DNA from: Ophelia neglecta
Taxonomy: Eukaryota
NCBI GenBank assembly: GCA_965285935.1
Contig: OZ260662.1
Location: 48,918,001 to 48,982,000 of the forward strand
Length of the DNA: 64,000 bases
Direction of reading: 5' to 3'
Each line of letters starts with the position of its first letter. Within the stretch, counting starts at the first letter, position 1. Under the pieces are notes generated by a model, which was not told the origin of the DNA, ran no database searches, and saw nothing but the letters and a program-made list of their open reading frames with translations. Made by a program: the position numbers and the translations under genes. Below, one piece after another: positions 51,701-60,700 of this stretch.

Positions 51701-54700
51701 GAATAGTTTGTCTTTGATTCTTAGGATTTAAACACACCTAGTTCAGTCCACTCCAGGGAGTTTGATTGTTCCCCTGCTCTAGACTAGTCTCTCTGGTAAA
51801 TGTACTTGCGCTGATTTCCATGCAACTGTGATTTTCCTTACACTTGTTTTAGAGATACACAAAAATGTTCAGATTTTATTTTTAATAAGACTAACATTTG
51901 CAGTGTTTCTGGTGCTACTATCCTATTGCCCAAACCTGATGTTCTTGCAGTGTTCATCAAGGCCTGACATATCTTTAAGAAAATACCTGCCTCAGTTAGG
52001 TGGCATAGAGTTAGGAGAAAGGCGGTACAAAGGCGTTAGATGGATTGGATATGATTTCACCCATAGGTAACATTATAATCACAGTTGTATCCCAGGCATG
52101 AACAGTTTCCTTTACCTATTTACTCTACCCGTAGCATTTTCTCTTTACACATTAATAAAGCCAAGTATTGTCGGCAGCAATTGAGATTTTGAGAATCCCA
52201 TGTAGTGAGTGGGGTGGAATCCTTGGTGGAGTATGGCAGGTGACGGTGTCAATGTGTGACATGGTTATGTTATTGGAAAGAAGCTTGACAAGTGTCTCAT
52301 TTGAATTTACAAATCATTTGTGACTAATGAATTGTGGAGAAGTCCTCTACTGTGATGTAAATGATACCAGATAAGCAAAGCTTGTTAATATAGAAACATG
52401 TGCAACATCATACAACACTCCCCTATTTCAAACTAATTTTCTCAATAACTATATTCTCTAAAAACATTGAAAATCACTGAGTAGTGTTCTTCACACATGA
52501 TCTGATTGTATCTATTGAGATAGAAATATCAATTCAGATGGAGATATCTCAACAAAGTCCTCATAGAAATCAAATGCTTTGCACTTGTAGTTTTGAACCT
52601 GAAATGCACCTATGGATATTAATGCAAATCAGTACTTTTATGCTGACAGATATGCAAGGTTAGATCAATACTGGATGAAAACTGTGTAGCTAACTGTGTA
52701 TTTAGTCATGATCAAACAACTAACAGCTACATGTAGACTGGAATATGTTGAGCTGGTACCACTTAAACCGAGCCGTGTACCAATATTACCTTCAGTGTAA
52801 CCTGTCCATTTTGTGGCCTTCAGTCATCTACCACCCCTGTACTCCTGATTTGGCGGACCCGGTGATTTAGCCAATCCCATGATTTGGCTGGTCATTTGAT
52901 GCCCCCCCCCCCCCCATCTCTGGCACAATGCTGTCAGTGAGTGACAATCCAACACAGGGTGATGTTTATTTAGCAATATTCCTCCATGCTGGACATTATT
53001 GATCTGACCATTGCCCGGTGTGTAGTGTCCATGTTCTGGGAACCCAGCCTCCGCCTTAAAGGCCCCGCAATGGCTTTGATAGCGGAAGCTCCTCATCCAT
53101 GCCCGGCCCCCAGAGGACAGCCATTGGCCCTGCACCAGGATGATTATTGATTGTGGCGCAGGAGGCTGGCCATTGATTGTGCAGCAGTGCTTCCCTCCCT
53201 CTCTGCTGGTTTTGTCTTCAGTGTGGAAGCCAGCTTGGCAGTCAGCTCTGGAGGCTCATTGAGTAAAGGCAGGCCAGAGCAGACCGGGAATCTCAGACAC
53301 TAGAGCCTACAGGATTTCACCCGCTCCAGACAGGGTGCAATATGGAGTATCCCTTACCCTCCTCTCTGCTGGATATATCCCGCTGTTTGGATATAGTACC
53401 ATATAACGGATACAACTGGCATTTACTGTACTGCACCAGGTAATTTTGAGTTGTTTTTCATGGTTTTACTAGCAGTGATTCTCATTAGGCTGCCATGTAG
53501 TGCTAGGGAATTGAGTTCAGTACCTCCCTCAATTATTTCTTGCGGGGATGAAGGGTAGATATTTTATCTAACAGTCTCTACTGTAGCCTACTGGATATTC
53601 ATGCAGCCTTAGCAGAGAGCTGAATTGGTGTACAAGCCTTGTTTTTCTCATGTTTGATTGCAATCTGTCCTGCATATTGCATCCTGGGCTGGCACTTTAA
53701 GTGTTCCAATATTGGTGCTATCGTCAGTATTGATCTATAGGGACTGATGTGGCTCAGTTGTTGGGGGTTTGGATTGTCTCTCAGTTAGCGGCCAGGGGGA
53801 GAGAAGGGGGGGGGGGATGATTTGCGGACATTAGCGCCAGGCCAAGCGATCACCCTGTCAGTTCTTATCTACAATGAGCTTGGCTTTCATCATCTCTTTC
53901 TGAGCAGCTCCACCTTTACAGCTAATGGGTTGGTCACTATTAACAAAGATAATTGGACTCTCTTCAGGCAGTCAAATATATCATTAAAGGCAGAAAGGTA
54001 GGTGAGGCACATTGGAGGAGTTTGGCTATCATAGCCTCATGGGTCACCTTCATGTTCTGCTTTTACTTAGGTTTACAACGAAGATAGTCTTATCCTGGAG
54101 ACTTGATTATTCCACTTTTATACACCAACAATATTGGTTTAATAAGTATTTATTCCGACTAGAGAATATAAATGCACAAATAGGGGCAGCTCAGCCCACA
54201 CATACAAACACATAGGAAATAACCAAGGAACCATATACCTGATACATTGGGGAATGATATACATGTATGTGTGTGTAATTACAAATATGCCAGTGATCTC
54301 AGGTGTGTGTGCATGCACGCTTTTGAGAATCCCCTTTATATAAATAAACCCTATTTTACTTACAATAGGAATTGACCCAGATTGAGTCATGTTTTCATGC
54401 TTCCTTATCCTACAGAGATAGTGATTTAGGGGGATTCAGAGATCCACCTTTCTATCTGTTATCTGAATAGCATTCACATGTTGATAATGTGGTACAAACC
54501 GCTGTGTAATATTTAGAACATAGATTTTGAAGGCTGTAGGAGCCCCTTCATCACCTGTGCCTTATGACAGAACAATCTAGGGCATTCATGTACATGCTTC
54601 CGCTTACATGCATTTTACTTGTTTCATCTTTTAGTTGTTGTCTTGGACTAGGATTGTTTAATTCATCATCGGCGTGGGAAGGTAGCCTCTGCAATTGCTA

Positions 54701-57700
54701 TTTTTTGTAATAACAAGCAGCATGATATGCCAAAAAAGGCACCATTTTATTCTGATTGTTTCCAATCTTTGTTTTCAATCTCACTTCAGAGAGGAACTCA
54801 TTTCATGACCTTCATACCTGGTAAACATTTATCTTGCCCAGTTATATTTGAGCTAAATTGGATTGATATATATACAGACTTCTTCGCCGTCTGCTTTGAC
54901 CTTTGTTCAGTTCCCACGGCAATGATTCCAGTAAAGACTGGAATTGCCATCTTTTATAAGCATGTACATGTGCTCATTTGTTCCAGTACCCTATGGTCAA
55001 TCTCTTTGAACCCACAAGAGCCACAGATATATGGAGATCAAAATGGTTGAAGACTTCTGTGCGGCAAGAATCTGAGCGAGGCGCTGTAAGGATGGGTCAG
55101 GTGTCCAATTAAATTGCCCTGCTCCTGATTAGCCTGCTTGTTCTTGGTCTCCATGGAATTCTCACCAATTAACAGAGATGCTGGCAAAAAGTGCTGCTGT
55201 GATGCTGACGCCAGTGTTGTCAAATAAGGAACCGTATGGTTTGAAGTTCTGGTGGGTTCTCTGGAGCAAAGTGATGCAAGATGTCTGAATGATACAGAGC
55301 CAGCGGTTGACAAATTGCTCTAAGTATTGTGGGTAATTGTAGGACAGCATGTTGGTGGTGGCTGGGGAAATCTATCTGTCACCATCAGCTGACTGGTGAT
55401 AAGGAGATGTGGGGAGCTGAGAAGGATTCTTGGTTGTCTTCGTCTAGGTGTTACACCAAAGCTTTGCCTGGTCAGCTGCTTCTGTGGGCTGGCGCTGGTC
55501 ACCAGTTCTGTCCGAATCATAGGGTGCCACGGAAATTAACAATTGAATGTGTCATGCTAGTCATGACCGTATGTTGTTCCTAATCATTGAGCATCGCCTG
55601 GTTTATTAGATTCTCACCAGCCTTGACACCTCAGCCATATCAGCCTGTCATTGCCCAAAAACCAAGTGACAGTGTTATTATGCTGCTTTATTCAGCTTGG
55701 GAATTGGTTTGGGTAAATAAGGCTATCACTGGGTCCTCCTCCCCCTCCCCCTGCCATTGGTTAACAGTTTAAATGTACATGAAGCACGCTATATTAATCT
55801 ACAGCAGGATAACTTTATTTTCCCTCTAAATATTTTATTAAAGATTATGGTAACCTCTTACTGTTATCTACTACCTGGAATCTGAGTCACGCAGAGAACT
55901 TGTATGGTTATCCTGTTTTGGCTTCCCATGCAATAATATTAAAGTCACAGACAAGACCTGAATTTAGCATATCCAGTTGTGCCTTGTAAATGCATTAGTG
56001 ATGCTGATTGACTGCTAGGGCTGGTGGCATTCTCTTGATCCTATGACATTTGTGAATGCCACTGTATTGGATTATCCAGGGGAGGCAGTGTGCCGGTGAT
56101 ATTGTGACAAAGGCGTACAACCTCCACTTCCCAACCATGGCCACCTAACGACTTTATAGCATGATCACTTGCTCACTATCTATTATTTAGCATGCAATTT
56201 GGAGACTATAAATTATAAATTGGAGCCAGCAGATTATCAACTGCAGACCTTTGCAGTCCTCCAGGGTGTGCAGGCCCCAGGACTATTAGGCTTTCTGTGA
56301 CTAAGTGAAAACTGAATTTCACTTCAGTCGTGCACTCATTTCTTTCTATTTCTGGATTAACCATACATTCATCCTATCTTTTTGGCAAATATCACTGCCT
56401 ATTTTTTCTGGTTTATTGTTCTGCATAAAATAGGTCAAAATTCCACTGTTCTCCGCTGACAAGAATGCGAACAGGAAAAACATTTATGCCAATGTTGATT
56501 AATTTTATGTGTGGTATGTAAACGTGTGCATGTATTCATCTGGCACGCATGGTTCCTTAAATATGTCTAGACTGATGCTAGCTAAAAACATTGGCAGGAT
56601 ATAAAGCAGTTACTTTAATCTTGAGTGCAGCTAGATTTAGGGCTTTGTACCTGGCTGGGTGCTTGGAGGTTGTTAGGTTATTATGATATATATTCCAGGC
56701 TTGATCTCACCCCGCTTGAATCCTCCTGTTTTGTTATTCCATTCTTGTTCGGTGTGGATATTTTGATCACACGGACTTGGTATCCTGCAGCTTGTTTATG
56801 TCGGACACTCTACATACCTCCAGTTCTAGAGTTCTCAGAACTATGGATTGCATCATAGGTCACACTGATGTGCCTAAATTCTGTACATTTGCACCCAAAG
56901 AATTCTGTACATGATTTGTCAAAAGGAAAAATTATTAATGTATGGAAGCATTGTGCTGCAGATGTATGGATACATGTATATTTATTGTGTAATAACCTTC
57001 CCAATAACGATGGTCCAGTCTTGTGCTTTATGTAATATGAGAAGAGTGTTATAGCTAAAGGTTTTGATGTCTAGTCATTCTTTTCTCAAAAAATGATTGC
57101 ATCATTTACCACAATTATTAAACTTGATAGGCAGATTTACCCAGGCAATGTTAAGATTATTCTCATAACAGACTCATATTTCACAGTGCCATAGTAAAAT
57201 ATAAATTGTACACTACCCTGTATGATTATAGTGCTGGGCTCAGCTGACTTTCCTCATTATATTACCAGCAGGAAGGAAGCTAAGCTCATGTGAATACTAG
57301 TCATACTTAACTTGGTTTCTTTTTATTTGCAGTAAACGTGTACATTGCCATACTTGATGCTCTTGGGGCCAAAACTGAGCTGTGTTCCATCCCTGTCACC
57401 GTGCTGCCCAAAGAGGTAGACACCAGCAACAAAACAGAGGAACAGATCTTGTAAGTGGAAAAAACCTTCATAGATACTCCAGTATGTTTACCAACATTAC
57501 TTAACTCTTAATTAACCTGAAGGGAAACATTTTATTTTATATGGTAATGATTTGTTTTTATAGCAGTCTTTTTGTAAAGTGTTTTACATATGTGTATATT
57601 GATAATAATTTTAAAGTTATAATTTGACTAGGGGAATATATTTGAACTGTATATTTATGAATAATAGATGTTATTTCCATTCTGGACTAAGGGGTATTCA

Positions 57701-60700
57701 AGGAGTAAATTAACTGACCTTATTAATAGCTCTGAAGTAAGGTTTTCAAGTCCATAAAAAAAAGGAGATCAGTTTTCTTGTAGTATAATTGTAGTGATGA
57801 CCAGGGTGATGACCAGGGTGTAGTCATGAATTAATTCATGGTCCAAACGGTCCCTCCCTAGCAAGGAACAAAGTTGATTACTACAGTCATTTAAGATAAC
57901 CATTAATTTTGATATGATGACATCTTGTACTCATCATTAGCAGTGAAATAGCACATTTAGGGAGGAGCGGCCATTCCTTGATTTATCGTCTGCAGGGTTA
58001 TGGATGTAGTTTGGGATACCAGAGGCAGGATTTAATGGCTGGACCAACTCGCAGCAAGATTAAACCTGATTTGCCATGGGTAATCCTTCCATAATCCACG
58101 GCATGTCAGGACATGTCATTGGGTGGGTGCTCAGGATGAAAGCCGAGGGACAGTGCCCGGCACTTTATGACTCGATGCCACCATGTCGATTGCCCTGTTT
58201 TGGCTTTTACACCTAGCCGCAGTAAGCGGTATTCCCAGATATGGCGGTTTTACAACTGCCGACGATTTAGTCGAACTTAAGCCAATCAATACCTCATGAC
58301 TTGGCATTCCAGAGGTTGTGCCGCATTTTTTCACCACTCTGGGGTCGGAAATGGAATTTAATGCGCTCCAAGCGTGCAATGCCTGGCAGATTGGAGCCCA
58401 AGCCAAATCTCCCACAATCCTAAGAGTTGTAAACAACACTTGGCTACGGACATAAACAGCTTGATGCACAAAAGGGGATTTAGTTTAATTGGCATGCAAG
58501 AATCTGATTACAAAGCTGCTGATTATCTTTGAGCACCTGAAACAGAGAAAGATTGAGTTCCAGTAGGTCCTCTCCTAGAGGAAATCTACCTCCACTGTGG
58601 AGAGCTGCATTCTTCATGCTTGGTATTAATAACATAAGTGATATCCATCATCTTTGTAGATTTTCACTCAGAGATTCATGACACTAATGTATGTTCTGCA
58701 CCCTGGAATGATGGTTTTTAACAAAATTTGATAGAAGACGAGCAGAACTGAAACAGCATCATTCATTTATTGACAACATATACCAGCTGGGTTTGGTGTC
58801 AAGAATTGTTCAAAGAGCACCAACTGGGCTAGTGTGTAAAACTACCAGGTCACACTCTTTTTAATAAATATATATATATAAAGCTTAATATTATTCTAAA
58901 TAATAGTATTGAACCTTCTTGAGCCATCAACATGACTGTTATATCTCAGATCTCCTGCTAGCTGTAGGTTCATTGTCTGACCCTCTGTTCTCCGGCTAGC
59001 AGTAGGTTCATTTGCCTGACTCTCTAATCTCCTGCTAGCTATAGGTTCATTGCATGACCCTCTGTTCTCCTGCTAGCTATAGGTTCATTGCATGACCCTC
59101 TGTTCTCTGGCTAGCAGTAGGTTCATTTGCCTGACTCTCTAATCTCCAGCTAGCTATAGTGTCATTGTATGACCCTCTGTTCTCCAGCTAGCTATAGGTT
59201 CATTGCATGACCCTCTGTTCTCCTGCTAGCTGTAGGTTCATTGCATGACCCTCTGTTCTCCTGCTAGCTGTAGGTTCATTGTCTGACCCTCTGTTCTCCT
59301 GCTAGCTGTAGGTTCACTGCCTGACCCTCTGTTCTCTTGCTAGCTGTAGGTTCACTGCCTGACCCTCTGTTCTCCTGCTAGCTATAGGTTCACTGCCTGA
59401 CCCTCTGTTCTCTTGCTAGCTGTAGGTTCACTGCCTGACCCTCTGTTCTCCGGCTAGCTGTAGGTTCATTGCCTGACCCTCTGTCCTACTGTAAACTGAT
59501 GGTGCATTGCCTGACCTTGTGATAGCTGAGTTTTACCTGTGTACCTCTGTTGTTCTTGTACACAGACCGGCGTACTGCCTACATTTACACCATCTTTTCT
59601 ACTGCTATGCTGTGTCAGTTGTCAGCACTTCATCTTTTGATCCATGTCTTAGAAGCAGTCACAATACTGAGTGTCTGTCAAGAGGTCTGTAATGAATAGG
59701 TCCACCTTTATCCTGAGCATTGCTTTGTTACATAAAACCTACATGCCTAGCAAAACACTTCTGTGGATGGCATATTAGGACTAGGCACTCAGGGATACAA
59801 CAACATTATTTTCACTCAGTTTCATCTTTAATTGTAGCTTACTTTACATTATAAATTGGAAATTCAAATTAAGCTTTAAAGTTATGTTGGCTCCATCAGG
59901 TAATTATGCAACCTAGTATACTACATTCTGTTTTAGGTGAAAAGTATTTTTATTCTGTTCATATTTTGAGAATTGATTGTTTATTGTTGCTTTCAGTGAA
60001 GAAGCTTCACAATCTTTTCATGTATTATTGCTCTTTTTTGTAATAGTCAACCATTGTATACTAACCTCCTGTTTTCAGTGAAATTTTACACAGCACAAGA
60101 AAATTGCCCAAGATGGATAGATTCTGATCATTTAGCTTACAAGATCTCCAGTTGACTCCCTTAAACCATTATTGCTTATTTCATTAAGCAGGATTGTTGT
60201 GTTCCCAGAAGTCCGAAATTTCCCTTGATGCCAATTCAAGGATGTCAGGCAAGAAAATGAATTTTGCTGGTCTGACCTAGATTTGCTTGTCAGCAGTCTT
60301 TCCACTGATGAGCAGTGCTGGGTGGGGCCCTAGGGGACCAGGCTTGTCTGCTGACGCCAAACTCATCACTTAAATAACTGGATAGCCCATTTTCAATTCT
60401 GTCTCACAGGATGTGATGTTTTTCAATTTTTTTTGTTAATTAATACAGAATCTATTTAAAGTTACTTCATTATTCATTTCACATTTTTATACACTTCACT
60501 TTCATGAGATGCAGTAGGGAGTAAACTTCAGTCTAGACTGAATTCATTCAAATGCAGCAACTTTATATCTTCAAATAAATTGATTTTTATAACAAACACT
60601 ATCCGTTTTTCTAGAGCAATTATATTTTCAATTGCCCAGACAACTCAGAAAATTGTTGAAGCTGAGCCTAGTTATGGTAAATGAAAGCCTCTGAGTCGAG

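Noticed and set aside
1690-59484. Tandem arrays as possible CRISPR arrays
   Set aside because: Units are head-to-tail without unique spacers, there are no cas genes, and the context is a eukaryotic intron.
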